Shown: positions 18,689 to 30,324, counted from the stretch's first letter. The stretch is DNA of 64,000 nucleotides from an uncultured delta proteobacterium (GCA_963735595.1 CAVTLK010000005.1:224001-288000); one strand, 5' to 3'. A program made the numbers and translations. The notes: generated by a model from the sequence alone, not told the origin.

Positions 18689-20122
18689 TTAGGACCCGGA
18701 AAGCACCCTATTAAGCAGGTCGTTTACCATCTGGGGGTTTGCCTTCCCCCTGGTCTCCTTCATTACCTGACCTACAAAAAAGGTCAGCAGCTTTTCCTTC
18801 CCGGCCTTAAGGTCAGCCGCCTCCTTGGGAAAAGAGCCCACCACCCGTCGGATCACTTCCTCGATCTGTGCGGGGTCCGAGATCTGGGTAAGACCCTGAT
18901 CCTTGACGATATCGCCCGCGGATTTTCCGGTCTTTACCATCTCAGAAAAAACGGTCTTGGCGATCCTGCCGCTGATGGTGCCGGCCTCTATGAGGTTGAT
19001 AAGGCCGGCAAAGTTTACGGGGCTAATCGGGCTGTCCGTGATATCACGCCGGTTTTCCTTGAGCTCGCGCATCAGTTCGGTCATGATCCAGTTGGAGGCC
19101 TGCTTGGGAGGGGCGCTTTGCCCGACGACCGCCTCAAAATAGTCGGCCATTTCCTTTTCCGCGCAGAGCACTTCGGCGTCGTAGTGGGGGATGCCGTAGT
19201 CGCACACGAATCGCTCAACCTTGGCGTCGGGGAGCTCCGGGAGCTCGTCCTTGATGTGCTCGATCCACTGACGGTCGATCATAAGGGCCACCAGGTCGGG
19301 GTCGGGGAAATATCGATAGTCGTGCGCCTCTTCCTTGCTCCGCATCGACTCGGTAATGTCCCGCGCGTCGTTCCAGAGCCTGGTTTCCTGGATTACCGTG
19401 CCCCCGTCCTCAAGGACCTGTATCTGGCGCTTTATCTCGTATTCGAGGGCCTTTTCGACGTTTCGAAACGAGTTCATATTCTTGAGCTCGGCGCGGGTGC
19501 CCAGCTCCCGTGCCCCGGCGGGGCGCACCGATACGTTGGCGTCGCACCGGAAGCTGCCTTCCTCCATGTTGCCGTCGCAGACTTCGAGGTATCTGAGGAT
19601 ACTCCTGAGCTTTTTCAGGTAGGCGCCGGCTTCCTGGGGGGTGGTGATGTCCGGCTCTGAGACGATCTCCAGAAGCGGGACCCCCGTCCGGTTCAGGTCG
19701 ACGTAGCTCTGCGGGGCGCGCTCGTCGTGCAGGAGCTTGCCCGCGTCTTCTTCCATATGGATGCGGGTGAGGCCGATCTTCTTTTTATTACCGTCGGTCT
19801 CGATCTCGATATACCCGCCCTTTGCAAGCGGGTGTTCGTACTGAGATATCTGATATCCCTTTGGGAGGTCGGGATAGAAGTAGTTCTTCCGGGCAAACCA
19901 CGAGCCGTTGCAGACCTCTCCTTTGGTGGCCAGCGCCGCCCTGATGCCGAATTCGACGACCCGCTTGTTGAGCACCGGCAGGACCCCCGGCTGCGCCGTG
20001 CACACCGGGCAGATGGAGGAGTTCGGCTCGGCCCCGAATTTCGTGGAGCAGCCGCAGAAGATCTTTGAGTCCGTCAGCATCTGGGCGTGGACTTCGAGTC
20101 CGATGACCGCCTGGTAATCCAT
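18689..20122 (-). CDS. gatB: Asp/Glu-tRNA amidotransferase subunit B
   Basis: [43 protein letters not shown]; start MDYQAV. Confidence 0.98.
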   Translation of the reverse strand: MDYQAVIGLEVHAQMLTDSKIFCGCSTKFGAEPNSSICPVCTAQPGVLPVLNKRVVEFGIRAALATKGEVCNGSWFARKNYFYPDLPKGYQISQYEHPLAKGGYIEIETDGNKKKIGLTRIHMEEDAGKLLHDERAPQSYVDLNRTGVPLLEIVSEPDITTPQEAGAYLKKLRSILRYLEVCDGNMEEGSFRCDANVSVRPAGARELGTRAELKNMNSFRNVEKALEYEIKRQIQVLEDGGTVIQETRLWNDARDITESMRSKEEAHDYRYFPDPDLVALMIDRQWIEHIKDELPELPDAKVERFVCDYGIPHYDAEVLCAEKEMADYFEAVVGQSAPPKQASNWIMTELMRELKENRRDITDSPISPVNFAGLINLIEAGTISGRIAKTVFSEMVKTGKSAGDIVKDQGLTQISDPAQIEEVIRRVVGSFPKEAADLKAGKEKLLTFFVGQVMKETRGKANPQMVNDLLNRVLSGS

Positions 20123-20377
20123 AAAAGAGCGCCTCGTATAATCTCTAAAAGCCGGCCTCAAGGCCGGAGAAATTTGCCGTATTATACCAAATAATCGGTA
20201 CGCGTGTCGCGTTTTCTGACTAAATTACTATTATAAATATTTAATGAGTGAAGTCCCCGGCCGGTTCCGGCCGGTAAGCGGTCTTGCGACATTGATTATA
20301 TGCAGCACAGATGCCGCGGGATGTCGGACAGGCCGCCGGTTTTCGGGGGGGATTGGTAGATAAGGGCCGGCTGTTTG

Positions 20378-21838
20378 TTACAGGGCCGGCCTGGGGGTCT
20401 CGGCCGTCCGGTGGGCCTCCACGAAGCGGGCGGCCGTAAGGATATCGGGCTCGCCGAGGGGTTTCCCGAGCAGCTGCAGGCCGATCGGCAGCCCCGCGCC
20501 GTTTGTCCCGGCGGGCACCGATATCCCCGGGATGCCGGCGAGGTTGGCCGTGACGGTATAGATATCGCCCAGGTACATGGAGAGGGGATCGGAGACCTTC
20601 TCCCCGATCCGGTAGGCCGCAGTGGGGGCGGCAGGGCAGGCGATCACGTCCACCTCGCCGAAGGCGCGGTCGAAATCCTCCCGGATGAGGCGGCGAACCT
20701 GGAGGGCCTTTTTATAGTAGGCGTCATAATAGCCTGCCGAAAGGGCATAGGTGCCCAGCATGATGCGGCGCTTAACCTCCGCCCCGAAGCCCGCCGACCG
20801 GGTATGCCGGAACATATCGATCAGCCCGTCGTCGGGGCGGACCTCCCGGAACCCGTACCTGACCCCGTCGTACCGGGCGAGGTTGGAGCTTGCTTCCGAG
20901 GGCGCGATGATGTAGTACGATGCCAGGGCATACGTGGTGTGGGGCAGGCTGATATCGATAATCCGCGCCCCCCCCTCTTTGAGCAGCGCCACGGCATCGT
21001 TTACGCGCCGCGAGACCTCCCCGTCCAGACCCTCTCCGAAATATTCCTTCGGCAGGCCCACCCTCATTCCCTTCACGCCGGCAGCCAGCGGCCCGAGGCA
21101 GTCGGGCGCCGGGATATCGAGCGACGTGGAGTCCCGCCCGTCATGGCCGGAGATCACTGACAGCAGCAGCGCCGCGTCTTCAACGTCCTTGGTTATGGGG
21201 CCGATCTGGTCCAGCGACGACGCGTAGGCGACCAGCCCGTATCGGCTTACCCGGCCGTAGGTCGGCTTCAGACCCACAACGCCGGTGTATGAGGCGGGCT
21301 GGCGGATGGAGCCGCCGGTATCGGACCCGAGCGCCCCTGCGCACAGGTCCGCGGCGACGGCCGCCGCCGATCCGCCGCTGGAGCCGCCGGGGACGTAGTC
21401 GGTATTGTGGGGGTTCCTGGTCGGCCCGAAATGGGAAGACTCGGTGGAGGAGCCCATCGCGAACTCGTCCATATTGGTCTTGCCCAGGATCACGGCGCCG
21501 GCCGCCTTGAGGCGCTCGATGACGGCGGCGTCGTACGGCGGGACGTAGTCCTTGAGCATCCGCGATCCGCAGGTGGTGGGGACCCCTTTAGTGCAGATAA
21601 CGTCTTTTATGGCCAGCGGAACGCCGGTAAGCGGGCCCGCGTCCCCTTTGGCAAGGCGCGCGTCGGCCGCCTCCGCCGCGGCAAGCGCCTCTTTTTCGGT
21701 GACGGCCAGATATGCGTTGAGCTTCGGGTTGATCCGGGCGATCCGCTCGATGAATTGCCCGGTCAGCCGGACCGAGGATATCTCCCTCTTTTTGAGGAGT
21801 TCGGCCAGCTCGTGAATGGTAAGTGCGGTCGGGTCCAT
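20378..21838 (-). CDS. gatA: Asp/Glu-tRNA amidotransferase subunit A
   Basis: [47 protein letters not shown]. Confidence 0.98.
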   Translation of the reverse strand: MDPTALTIHELAELLKKREISSVRLTGQFIERIARINPKLNAYLAVTEKEALAAAEAADARLAKGDAGPLTGVPLAIKDVICTKGVPTTCGSRMLKDYVPPYDAAVIERLKAAGAVILGKTNMDEFAMGSSTESSHFGPTRNPHNTDYVPGGSSGGSAAAVAADLCAGALGSDTGGSIRQPASYTGVVGLKPTYGRVSRYGLVAYASSLDQIGPITKDVEDAALLLSVISGHDGRDSTSLDIPAPDCLGPLAAGVKGMRVGLPKEYFGEGLDGEVSRRVNDAVALLKEGGARIIDISLPHTTYALASYYIIAPSEASSNLARYDGVRYGFREVRPDDGLIDMFRHTRSAGFGAEVKRRIMLGTYALSAGYYDAYYKKALQVRRLIREDFDRAFGEVDVIACPAAPTAAYRIGEKVSDPLSMYLGDIYTVTANLAGIPGISVPAGTNGAGLPIGLQLLGKPLGEPDILTAARFVEAHRTAETPRPAL

Positions 21839-21846
21839 GGCTGCTT

Positions 21847-22149
21847 CTATTCTATTACCTTTGGGACGCGCAGGAGCGTTCCCTTGGCGTCGGGCGCGTT
21901 GCCGATAATGGCCGCCGCGTCTCCGGAGGGCCGCACGAGGTCCTCGCGCATGACGTTCGTGTTGGGGATGGCGTGGGTCATCGGCTCGACGTTTGCAGTA
22001 TCGATCTCCCTGAGCGTATCCATGTAGGTCAGGATATCATTGAGGACGTCGGTAAAACCCTTCGTCTCCTGCTCCGAGAGCTCCAGGCGGGCGAGCTTTG
22101 CCACGTATCCGACCTCTTTGGCGGTGATCTTCTGTGTGCGGTCAGCCAT
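21847..22149 (-). CDS. gatC: Asp/Glu-tRNA amidotransferase subunit C
   Basis: VAKLARLEL...NVMRED...VPKVIE; upstream of gatA. Confidence 0.95.
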   Translation of the reverse strand: MADRTQKITAKEVGYVAKLARLELSEQETKGFTDVLNDILTYMDTLREIDTANVEPMTHAIPNTNVMREDLVRPSGDAAAIIGNAPDAKGTLLRVPKVIE

Positions 22150-22156
22150 ATAGAAC

Positions 22157-23542
22157 CTACACCTCCATCTGCCCCAGGCTGTCGGACGCGGTCATTTTCT
22201 TTGCCTCGCCCCCCTTCACGAAGAGCATCGTGATGAGCGCCAGGGCAAAGAAGGCCGGCACGAGGTAGAACATGGTCTTGTAGTCGCCCTTATTGTAGTC
22301 GATGAATACCCCGACGATTGGGGGGGATATGGTCTGGGCCAGCATCGAGAAGAAATAGTAGAGGCCCGTATAGGTCCCCAGCATTTCTTCGGTGCTGATG
22401 TCCCAGATCATCGGGAACGAGTTAATGTTGACGCATGCCCAGCCCACGCCGGAGATGAACATGACGGCGATTATCACGGGGATTGACGTGGTAAAGGCCA
22501 TGAACGACATCGGGACGATCAGGAGGAGGAGACCCGTGATGATGGTCTTCTTTCTTCCCACCCGCGTTGCCACGAACCCGCTCGGGATGGCGAAGATGAT
22601 GAACGTAATGATGAATATCCCCAGGATCATCGAGGCGGTGCCGGGTTTTAAGCCCAGTGTGTTTACGCCGTAGAGCGTGAAGAAGGTCTCCACCGCGTTA
22701 TAGGCGAAGAACCAGAAGAAGATCGACAGGAAGATGAATACCGTGCTCTTATGCACCCACCTGAGGATGGTGATAAAGACGATCAGCGCAAATACCGCCA
22801 GTGCGATCAGCATGTGCCCCTGGTAGATCGCCTCCTCCTTGAAGAAGGTGAGGAACGAATCCAGCACGCCGGTCTTGTTGAGGATAAGGAACGAGACCAC
22901 CCCCACCGCCAATGCGATAGTGGAAACCTTAACGAGACGCCACGAGATATCCTCGGAGGCCTCGGCGGGTATATCCTTCGGCTCCTTGATGGTGAGGTAG
23001 ACGACGACGATGGCAACCAGCATGACCGCGGCGATCACGAAGAAGGGGACGTCCCGGTTCATGTTGAACAGCGCCCCGCCCGCAAAGACCGCCACCAGCG
23101 CGCCGGCCCCGCCCATGAAGTTGATGACGCCGTTAGCCTTGCTCCTCACCGGCGAGGGGAAGATGTCGGGCATCAGCGCGATGACCGGGGAGCGGAAGAG
23201 CGCCATCGAGAGGTTCATCAGGACGATGAAGGTCAACATGAGCGTGAGCGTCTGCGCGACCGGGATGAGCGCGAAGAAGACCGCGGCAATCGGCGCCCCG
23301 ATCAAGAGATACGGCATACGCCTGCCGATTTTTGTCCTGGTCTTATCGCTGGCGGCCCCGATGATCGGCTGGATGGTTACCGCCAGGATATTGTCGAAGG
23401 TCATGATGAGCCCGATGAGGGCGTTGGATGCTATGAAGCCCTTGAGGAGGATGGGGACGAAGCTGTTATAGAACGTCCAGACGACCGAAACGCCCAGAAA
23501 ACCGAAGCCGAGAAGAAAGGTCTTCTTATAATCGAGTTTCAT
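22157..23542 (-). CDS. MFS sugar transporter (SLC45/maltose-type)
   Basis: SDKTRTKIGRRMPY, RSPVIALMPD, ANGVINFMGG, GTYTGLYYFFS; multi-TM. Confidence 0.85.
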   Translation of the reverse strand: MKLDYKKTFLLGFGFLGVSVVWTFYNSFVPILLKGFIASNALIGLIMTFDNILAVTIQPIIGAASDKTRTKIGRRMPYLLIGAPIAAVFFALIPVAQTLTLMLTFIVLMNLSMALFRSPVIALMPDIFPSPVRSKANGVINFMGGAGALVAVFAGGALFNMNRDVPFFVIAAVMLVAIVVVYLTIKEPKDIPAEASEDISWRLVKVSTIALAVGVVSFLILNKTGVLDSFLTFFKEEAIYQGHMLIALAVFALIVFITILRWVHKSTVFIFLSIFFWFFAYNAVETFFTLYGVNTLGLKPGTASMILGIFIITFIIFAIPSGFVATRVGRKKTIITGLLLLIVPMSFMAFTTSIPVIIAVMFISGVGWACVNINSFPMIWDISTEEMLGTYTGLYYFFSMLAQTISPPIVGVFIDYNKGDYKTMFYLVPAFFALALITMLFVKGGEAKKMTASDSLGQMEV

Positions 23543-23699
23543 GGATAGTCCCTCCGAATCGTTTCCTGTTAGGTAACACGACTTTTAGAGCGATTGTCAA
23601 TCAAAAAGGGGTGAAGGGGGGATGGGCCGGTGGGGTGACGCATTGACATGAGGGGCATCCCGTGGTAGTAGTATCATATTACCAATATTTGATGATTCA

Positions 23700-23780
23700 C
23701 CGTCATTGCGAGGGCCCGGAGGGCCCGTGGCAATCCCCTGACTCTCACTGTATAACTAAGTATGGTGTCACCATAACTTC
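23700..23780. repeat. Family C left half fused to a family B half-site
   Basis: cgtcattgcgagggcccggagggcccgtggcaatcccctgactctcactgtataac followed directly by taagtatggtgtcaccataacttc. Confidence 0.8.
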
Positions 23781-23792
23781 CCGGAGGACGAT

Positions 23793-24368
23793 ATGGACGA
23801 TACGAGGGTTGTGCGCCCCACGGTCACGGATACGGTGCTGGCCGTCATCGATTTCCAAGGGTCGCTTTTTTCGACGATGGACAAAGAGGTCGGGAAACGG
23901 ACGCTCGAAAAGACGATCCTGTTGATCAAATCGGCGCTTATTCTTAATCTTCCGATCGTTGTGACGGAGCAGTATCCCAAAGGCCTGGGGCTGACGATGG
24001 ACGAGGTCCGCTCCGCCCTCGGCGACGCGTATCGGCCCTCCGAGAAGATCTCCTTTTCCATCATGGGAGACGAGGGGATCGCACGCGAGGTTAGGGCGCT
24101 GGGGCGACGCAATTTTATCCTATGCGGCATGGAGACGCACGTCTGCGTGATGCAGTCGGCCGTGGACCTGGCCGAAGAGGGATTTACCCCCTACGTCGCG
24201 GCCGACGCCGTCTGTTCGCGGGAACGGCTGGACTGGGAGGCCGGGCTCTCGGTGATGGAGGGGGCCGGGGCCGAGATCACGACCGCCGAGACGATCGTAT
24301 TCGCGCTCCTGGGCAAGGCCGGCACGCCGGAGTTCAAGGCGTTTTCGAAGCTCTTGAAGGGGGAGTGA
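23793..24368 (+). CDS. Isochorismatase family hydrolase
   Basis: VIDFQ, VTEQYPKGLG, GMETHVCVMQS and ADAVCSR motifs. Confidence 0.92.
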   Translation: MDDTRVVRPTVTDTVLAVIDFQGSLFSTMDKEVGKRTLEKTILLIKSALILNLPIVVTEQYPKGLGLTMDEVRSALGDAYRPSEKISFSIMGDEGIAREVRALGRRNFILCGMETHVCVMQSAVDLAEEGFTPYVAADAVCSRERLDWEAGLSVMEGAGAEITTAETIVFALLGKAGTPEFKAFSKLLKGE

Positions 24369-24372
24369 GAAG

Positions 24373-24455
24373 GAATTTTGGTGACACCATACTTAATTCC
24401 TCGTTTTCAGTTAAATAAGAGATAGGACGAATTAAGTATGGTGTCACCAAAATTC
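24373..24455. repeat. Palindromic element, family B (perfect 27-bp arms, 29-bp loop)
   Basis: gaattttggtgacaccatacttaattc ... gaattaagtatggtgtcaccaaaattc. Confidence 0.9.
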
Positions 24456-24464
24456 ACCTGAATT

Positions 24465-24516
24465 TGCAGGGGCCGTTCGCGAACAGCCCTCGGGCGGCTC
24501 GCGAGCCGTCCCTGCA
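24465..24516. repeat. REP-like doublet, family D (G(T/C)AGGG-type)
   Basis: tgcaggggccgttcgcgaacagccc-tc-gggcggctcgcgagccgtccctgca: two small hairpins in inverted orientation. Confidence 0.65.
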
Positions 24517-24555
24517 TACATCCAAACAACCCGTTGCCGCCCCGTAAGATTTACC

Positions 24556-24638
24556 GTCATTGCGAGCGAAGCGAAACAATCCCCTGACTGTCACCGTACA
24601 ACAAGGGGATTGCGGGCCCTTCGGGCCCTCGCAATGAC
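24556..24638. repeat. Palindromic element, family C, complete
   Basis: gtcattgcgag...caatcccc-tgactgtcaccgtacaacaa-ggggattg...ctcgcaatgac. Confidence 0.85.
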
Positions 24639-24729
24639 AGTTCTAACGCCCCCCCTAATTCGTATCCCCCTATCCGACAGAATTAGACTATTATAATCTA
24701 CGCGCCCATTAAACAAACTGCGAAACTCC

Positions 24730-24758
24730 TTGACTTTACCGCCCTTATCGAATAAAAT
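24730..24758 (+). promoter_or_regulatory. Sigma70 promoter of the Gld-like ABC operon
   Basis: TTGACT-N17-TAAAAT. Confidence 0.55.
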
Positions 24759-25003
24759 CACTTATTTATGTGGAGACGAACCTCGCGAGGTGGAAGGAAG
24801 GATGAAAGCCGATTTCCCCGATTTTCTGATCCGTGGTTTTTCTCTGTGCCGTTTGACGCACGAGTTTCTATTGCTTCCATTGTCTCTTTTGGCCGCTATC
24901 GGCTTTTCGATAACCCGGGCAGGCATGCCGTAAGAAAACCCAAACCGTACTATTAAATATCAACCATTCGAAATACCAACCCACATTCCAGAGGGGACGT
25001 TGT

Positions 25004-25951
25004 ATGGATATGATCGAGGTTAAGAACCTTACCAAGTTTTACGGCCCTCACGCCGCACTGAAAGACGTGAGCTTTACGGTAAAGAAGGGGGAGATCCTGG
25101 GCTTCCTCGGCCCTAACGGCGCCGGGAAAACCACCACGATGTCCATCCTGACCTGCCTGTTCCCCCCGACCTCGGGCTCGGCATCCGTGGGCGGGTTTGA
25201 CGTGCTGGACGACCCCATCAAGGTCAAGCGGCAGATCGGCTACCTCCCCGAGAACATCTACCTCTATACCGATATGACCGTTATCGGCTACCTGAAGTTT
25301 GTTGCCGAGATCAAGGGGATCGCCAAGAAAGAACGGCAGGCTGCCGTCGATAAGGTCATCGTGCTGACCGAGACCGGCAGCGTCGCCGGCCGCGGGATCA
25401 AGAAGCTCTCCCGCGGGTACCTTCAGCGGGTGGGCATCGCCCAGGCGCTGCTCGGCGACCCGCCGCTGCTGATCTTCGACGAGCCGACGATCGGCCTGGA
25501 CCCGATGCAGATCATCTCCATCAGGAACCTGATCAAGTCGCTTGGCGGCCAGCGCACGATCCTCCTCTGCAGCCACATCCTGCCCGAGGTGAGCCAGATC
25601 TGCGGGCGGGTCATCATCATCAACGAGGGTGAGCTTATCGCGGTCGATACCCCGGCCAACCTCGGCCGGCGGATGAAGGGCAGGGGCCGCATCATCATTA
25701 CCGTCCAGGGCCCCGCGGACGAGGTCGCCAAGACGCTTTCGGGCGTGCCGGGTGTAACGGGGGTCAAGCAGGAGGAGGCGAGCCTCTTCGGGACGTCCTA
25801 CCTTGTCCAGTCCAAGGACGACCAGGAAGTCAGGCCAGACCTGGCAAAGGCCGTCGTGCAGAGCAACTTCAAACTGATCGAGCTCAAGGCAAAAGACGTG
25901 ACGCTCGAAGACATCTTTATCAAACTCGTTACGGAAGAAACGGAGGCCTAA
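25004..25951 (+). CDS. ABC transporter ATP-binding protein (GldA-like)
   Basis: GPNGAGKTT, LSRGYLQRVG, DEPTIGLDP, SHILPEV. Confidence 0.92.
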   Translation: MDMIEVKNLTKFYGPHAALKDVSFTVKKGEILGFLGPNGAGKTTTMSILTCLFPPTSGSASVGGFDVLDDPIKVKRQIGYLPENIYLYTDMTVIGYLKFVAEIKGIAKKERQAAVDKVIVLTETGSVAGRGIKKLSRGYLQRVGIAQALLGDPPLLIFDEPTIGLDPMQIISIRNLIKSLGGQRTILLCSHILPEVSQICGRVIIINEGELIAVDTPANLGRRMKGRGRIIITVQGPADEVAKTLSGVPGVTGVKQEEASLFGTSYLVQSKDDQEVRPDLAKAVVQSNFKLIELKAKDVTLEDIFIKLVTEETEA

Positions 25952-25954
25952 CCG

Positions 25955-26728
25955 ATGAAAAATATATGGGCTCTCTATAAGAAGGAGATGAACTCCTACT
26001 TCACGTCGCCGGTGGCGTACGTGATTATCTTTATCTTCCTGGTTATTGCCGGGTTCTTCTTCTTCTCGATGATATTCTCGTTTTCCAAGGTGACCTCCGA
26101 GTATATGAACTACCCCGAATACATGGATTACCTGAACCTCGGGGAGTGGGTGGTGCGGCCGCTGTTCGGCAACCTCTCGGTGATTCTCCTCTTTATGCTG
26201 CCGATACTCACGATGCGGCTCATCGCCGAGGAAAAACGGTCGGGGACGCTCAAGCTGCTGCTCTCGTACCCGGTCAGGGATATCGAGGTGCTGCTGTCCA
26301 AGTTCTTTGCCGCCGAGACGGTGCTCATTGCCATGTTCGTGTTGACCGCGCCCATCCCGATCTTCCTGTTTGCCTACGGCGAGCCGGAATGGGGGGTGAT
26401 CCTCACCAATTACCTCGGCATGATCCTGATGACGGGGGCGTTCGTCTCGCTGGGCCTGTTTGCGTCGTCGGTGACCGAGCGTCAGGTGGTGGCGGCGGTC
26501 ATCACGTTCGGGGCGCTGATCCTCATCTGGGTCATCAACTGGGCCAAGGACCTGGCGGGCTTTACGGTGGGAACGATCCTTGACGACATCTCGCTGCTTT
26601 CGCATATCGAGAACTTCACGAAGGGGGTGATCGTCACCCACGATATCGTCTACTACGTCCTCTTTACCTCCTTCTTCCTTTTCCTGGCCCTCACGGCCCT
26701 GCAGTCCCGCACGTGGAGGAGCAAATGA
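25955..26728 (+). CDS. ABC-2 permease (GldF-like)
   Basis: KEMNSYFTSPVAY and PILTMRLIAEEKRSGT motifs; multi-TM. Confidence 0.9.
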   Translation: MKNIWALYKKEMNSYFTSPVAYVIIFIFLVIAGFFFFSMIFSFSKVTSEYMNYPEYMDYLNLGEWVVRPLFGNLSVILLFMLPILTMRLIAEEKRSGTLKLLLSYPVRDIEVLLSKFFAAETVLIAMFVLTAPIPIFLFAYGEPEWGVILTNYLGMILMTGAFVSLGLFASSVTERQVVAAVITFGALILIWVINWAKDLAGFTVGTILDDISLLSHIENFTKGVIVTHDIVYYVLFTSFFLFLALTALQSRTWRSK

Positions 26729-28203
26729 TGAAGAAACTCTGGTCGACCATACGAGACTTCTTTAAGCGAATCGAGTTCGAGCCCCTCACGAGGGGCCAGA
26801 AATATGGGGTGAGCACGGTCGTGGCGGTGATCCTGGTTTTGGCCATGGTCGTCTTTCTCGAGGTGATCTCCTATAAACACAACAAGCAGTTTGACCTCAC
26901 CGAGGATAAGCGGTACACCGTGTCGATGGAATCGACCAACGTCCTCAAATCGCTGACCGGCGAGCTCAAGGCCGTGGCCTTCTGCACCAGGGACGACGTC
27001 AAGACGAAGGTCGGCGACCTCCTGGAGCAGTACAAATACGCGTCGGGCGGCAGCTTCGAGTACCGCTTTGTTGACCTCTACCTTTCCCCCGGAGAGGCCA
27101 AGACCTACACCGTGACCGAGGACAACACCATCGTTTTCATCTACGGCGACCGCGAGGAGCGGGTGGTGCTGACCGAGACCGATCTCATGGGGTCCGGGGA
27201 GCAGAAGCTGACCAACGCGATCCTCAAGGTGACATCCACCGAGGCCAAGTCGGTCTATTTCCTCACGCGGCACGGAGAGCGGGACATCGCGCTGGAGACC
27301 GAGGAGGGGTTTTCCCGGATAGCGACGCGGCTGGAGAGCCAGAATTACGTCGTCAAGCCGCTGGACCTCTTATCCGCACCCACGGTGCCGGAAGACACGG
27401 CGGCCCTGATTATCGCCGGCCCCCAGAAAGACCTGTTTGACGCGGAGATTACCGCCATCGGCGACTATCTCGCCGGCGGGGGATCGCTCCTGGTGATAAT
27501 GGACCCGGGCGTTGAGGTCCCCCGGCTGGCGGCGCTCCTCAAATCCGTCGGAATCGCGATGCCCAATGATGTCGTCATCGACCGGGACAGCAAGGTGCTG
27601 GGCGGTGACTACCTGCTGCCGGTGGCAAGCACCTATCTCAAGCACCCGATCACGAAGGACCTGACGGTCCTCTCGTTCTATCCCTATACGCGTTCGGTCC
27701 TGATTAACGAAACGGCCGCCGAGAGCGCGGGGTGGAACCTCGGCTACCTGGTCAACACCGGCCCGAACAGCTGGGCCGAGACGGACCTGGGCGCGCTGCG
27801 CGAAGGCAAGGCGGAGTTCACCCCGGGCGTCGATACGGTGGGCCCCGTGGCGGTGGCGGTCGAGGGGGCAAAAGAGATTACCTCCGACGATGAAGCCGAC
27901 GATGAGGCCGAGCCCAAAGAGGCGCGGATCGTGGTCTTCGGCAGCTCGAGCTTCGTTGCCAACAGCTATTACCTCATGGCCGAATCCAACGCCTCCAACG
28001 TCGATATCTTCCTCAATTGTGTCAACTGGCTTGCCGGCAATGAGAACCTCATCAGCATCCACGCTAAGGAGACCAAGTCTTCGCCGCTCTTCCTCACGGG
28101 GTACCAGGGGCTGGTGATATTTATCGTCTGCGTGGTTCTCGTTCCCCTGGCCGTCCTGGGGGCGGGGGTCTTTGTCTATCTCAGGAGGAGGTTTGTGGAA
28201 TGA
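26725..28203 (+). CDS. GldG-like ABC auxiliary periplasmic protein
   Basis: FDLTEDKRYTVS, EQKLTNAI, YFLTRHGE, LIIAGPQ, NCVNWL; N- and C-terminal TM; ATGA overlap with the permease stop. Confidence 0.88.
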   Translation: MMKKLWSTIRDFFKRIEFEPLTRGQKYGVSTVVAVILVLAMVVFLEVISYKHNKQFDLTEDKRYTVSMESTNVLKSLTGELKAVAFCTRDDVKTKVGDLLEQYKYASGGSFEYRFVDLYLSPGEAKTYTVTEDNTIVFIYGDREERVVLTETDLMGSGEQKLTNAILKVTSTEAKSVYFLTRHGERDIALETEEGFSRIATRLESQNYVVKPLDLLSAPTVPEDTAALIIAGPQKDLFDAEITAIGDYLAGGGSLLVIMDPGVEVPRLAALLKSVGIAMPNDVVIDRDSKVLGGDYLLPVASTYLKHPITKDLTVLSFYPYTRSVLINETAAESAGWNLGYLVNTGPNSWAETDLGALREGKAEFTPGVDTVGPVAVAVEGAKEITSDDEADDEAEPKEARIVVFGSSSFVANSYYLMAESNASNVDIFLNCVNWLAGNENLISIHAKETKSSPLFLTGYQGLVIFIVCVVLVPLAVLGAGVFVYLRRRFVE

Positions 28204-29993
28204 GGCCGAAAGCCCTCCTGATTATCGCGGCGGCGTTTGTGCTGGTCGTCTCCTTTTACGTCGTCTTCGAGAAGGTTTACCTCCCGAAGAAGGAAAAGGC
28301 CAAGGAGAAGGAAGACAGGGTCTTTTCGCTGGAACGGGAAGACCTTGACCTCATCGCGATCGACTCGGAAACCACAAAGATCATCCTCGTCAAGGAAAAC
28401 GACCGCTGGATGATGACCGCCCCCATCAAGACCGAGACGGACACGGGCGAGGTGGAATCGTTCATCGCCACGGTGCTGGACGCCCAGATCGGCCGGAAGC
28501 TCGGCGCCAAGGATGAACTCAAGGGCAGCCTTGCCGATTTCGGCCTTGACAAGCCGAAGCTGACCGTAACGCTGGGCGCAGGCGACGATACGCAGACCCT
28601 CTTATTCGGAACCGCAGTTGCCTCGGGTGACGAGGTATACGCGATGGCCAGCGGGAGCGACCAGGTCTTCCTGATCGACGGCTTCGTCATGGAAGACATC
28701 AATAAAGATACGACGACACTCAGGGACAAGGCGCTAATCGCCTTTTCACCCGACGACATCGTCACCCTCGCGGTCACGCGCGATTCTAAGACCGTCACGG
28801 TCAAGCGGCAGGCCGACGACTCGTGGCTTATTACCGAGCCGTTCGAGTTTTCGGCGGACACCGACGAGATAACCGATATCCTGGATTTCATCTCCGAGGA
28901 GGGGGCGGTCGGCTTTGCGCCGGAGGACGCCAAGCCTGCGGACTACGGCCTTGCGTCCCCGGTGATCACGCTCCTTCTGGTCGATGCGGACGGCGCGACC
29001 TCCCGGCTTTTGATAGGGAAGGAAGCCGGCGACGGCAGCTACTGGGCCATGCGCGAGGGCAGGCCGTCTATATTCATGGTCACGGAGCAGGTGAAAAACA
29101 AGCTGACGGTATCGGCCGATTTCATCATGAACAAATCCCTGCTTTCGTATATCGTCTCCGACGTAACGGCCTTTGAGTTAACGGGGCCGGACGGCGCGAT
29201 ATCCGCCGTGCGGGACGGCCGGGGCTGGAAGATCACCAAGCCCGAGGCGGTGCGGGGGGACAGGAGCGCCGTCAATACGCTCCTTTCGGACCTCAGGGAC
29301 ATGAAGCTCTCCGAGATCGTCCAGATGCCCGCCAAGGACCTCGGGCGCTACGGGCTTGACGCCCCGACGCTGGCCGTCACGGTCACGATCAAGGACGGCG
29401 ACAAAGAGAGAAAATCGACGCTGAAAATCGTTCGGGGCGCCGGGGAAACCTCATACGGGTATCTTTCATCGGGCTCATCCGGCTCATCGGGCTCGACGGG
29501 TGGTTTTATCTTCTCGATCCCCACGGAGACAATCTCGGCGGTCAACCCCACGCTTGCCTCGCTGAGAGACAGGGCGCTGCTCTCGTATGACCAGGATACG
29601 GTAACCGGGATCACCATCGCGGTCGGCGACAAGACCTACGGCTTCACGCGGAAGAAGGACGCCTGGAAGATGACGGAGCCCGACCGCAAAAAGATCGACG
29701 CCGAATCGATGAAATCCCTGCTCGAGGCGATCGGGGGTCTGTCCTATGCGGAGGTCCTGGCCGACACGAAAGAAGGCCTCAAGGACTGGGGGCTCGATGA
29801 GCCCGAGACCACCATCACGCTGACGGGCGCCGACGAAGAGCTCGGAACGATTTCGCTTGGAGAGCCCAAAGAGACCAACGACGGCCGATATTCGGCCGCG
29901 GTCTCGTCGTCGCTTGAGAAGGTATACAAAGTCAACACGGACCTCGTGGACGCAATCATCTTCGAGGCCGATATCATACAGGAAGGGAGGTAG
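28200..29993 (+). CDS. DUF4340 domain protein (about three repeats)
   Basis: N-terminal TM; repeated W-x-(M/I)-T-x-P, (F/Y/W)GL(D/A)xP and LRD(K/R)xL modules. Confidence 0.82.
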   Translation: MRPKALLIIAAAFVLVVSFYVVFEKVYLPKKEKAKEKEDRVFSLEREDLDLIAIDSETTKIILVKENDRWMMTAPIKTETDTGEVESFIATVLDAQIGRKLGAKDELKGSLADFGLDKPKLTVTLGAGDDTQTLLFGTAVASGDEVYAMASGSDQVFLIDGFVMEDINKDTTTLRDKALIAFSPDDIVTLAVTRDSKTVTVKRQADDSWLITEPFEFSADTDEITDILDFISEEGAVGFAPEDAKPADYGLASPVITLLLVDADGATSRLLIGKEAGDGSYWAMREGRPSIFMVTEQVKNKLTVSADFIMNKSLLSYIVSDVTAFELTGPDGAISAVRDGRGWKITKPEAVRGDRSAVNTLLSDLRDMKLSEIVQMPAKDLGRYGLDAPTLAVTVTIKDGDKERKSTLKIVRGAGETSYGYLSSGSSGSSGSTGGFIFSIPTETISAVNPTLASLRDRALLSYDQDTVTGITIAVGDKTYGFTRKKDAWKMTEPDRKKIDAESMKSLLEAIGGLSYAEVLADTKEGLKDWGLDEPETTITLTGADEELGTISLGEPKETNDGRYSAAVSSSLEKVYKVNTDLVDAIIFEADIIQEGR

Positions 29994-29997
29994 CAAC

Positions 29998-30324
29998 ATG
30001 GCGCGGATTACTGTAGAAGACTGCCTTGAGCACGTCGATAACCGCTTTCAGCTGGTGCACCTTGCGGCCCAGCGCACCAAACAGCTCAGGCGCGGCTCCG
30101 CAATCATGGTGGACTCGCCGGAGAACAAAGAGGTGGTACAGGCGCTGAGGGAGATCGCCGCCGGTAAGGTCAGCTTCGAGAACATCGGGGAGCTGGTCGT
30201 TCCGGAACGGGACATCTTCGAGGCGTATAACGAGAAACTCGATGAGGAGCACGTCCTGGACGCCGAAGAGGACGATCTGGAAGTAATCAACGGCGAGCCC
30301 GAGGACGACGAAGAGGACTTATGA
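29998..30324 (+). CDS. rpoZ: RNA polymerase omega subunit with acidic C-terminal tail
   Basis: [34 protein letters not shown] ggagg upstream. Confidence 0.95.
   Translation: MARITVEDCLEHVDNRFQLVHLAAQRTKQLRRGSAIMVDSPENKEVVQALREIAAGKVSFENIGELVVPERDIFEAYNEKLDEEHVLDAEEDDLEVINGEPEDDEEDL

Noticed and set aside
29467..29501. 9-bp micro-repeat encoding [12 protein letters not shown] in the DUF4340 gene
   Set aside because: In-frame low-complexity linker; nothing suggests phase variation.
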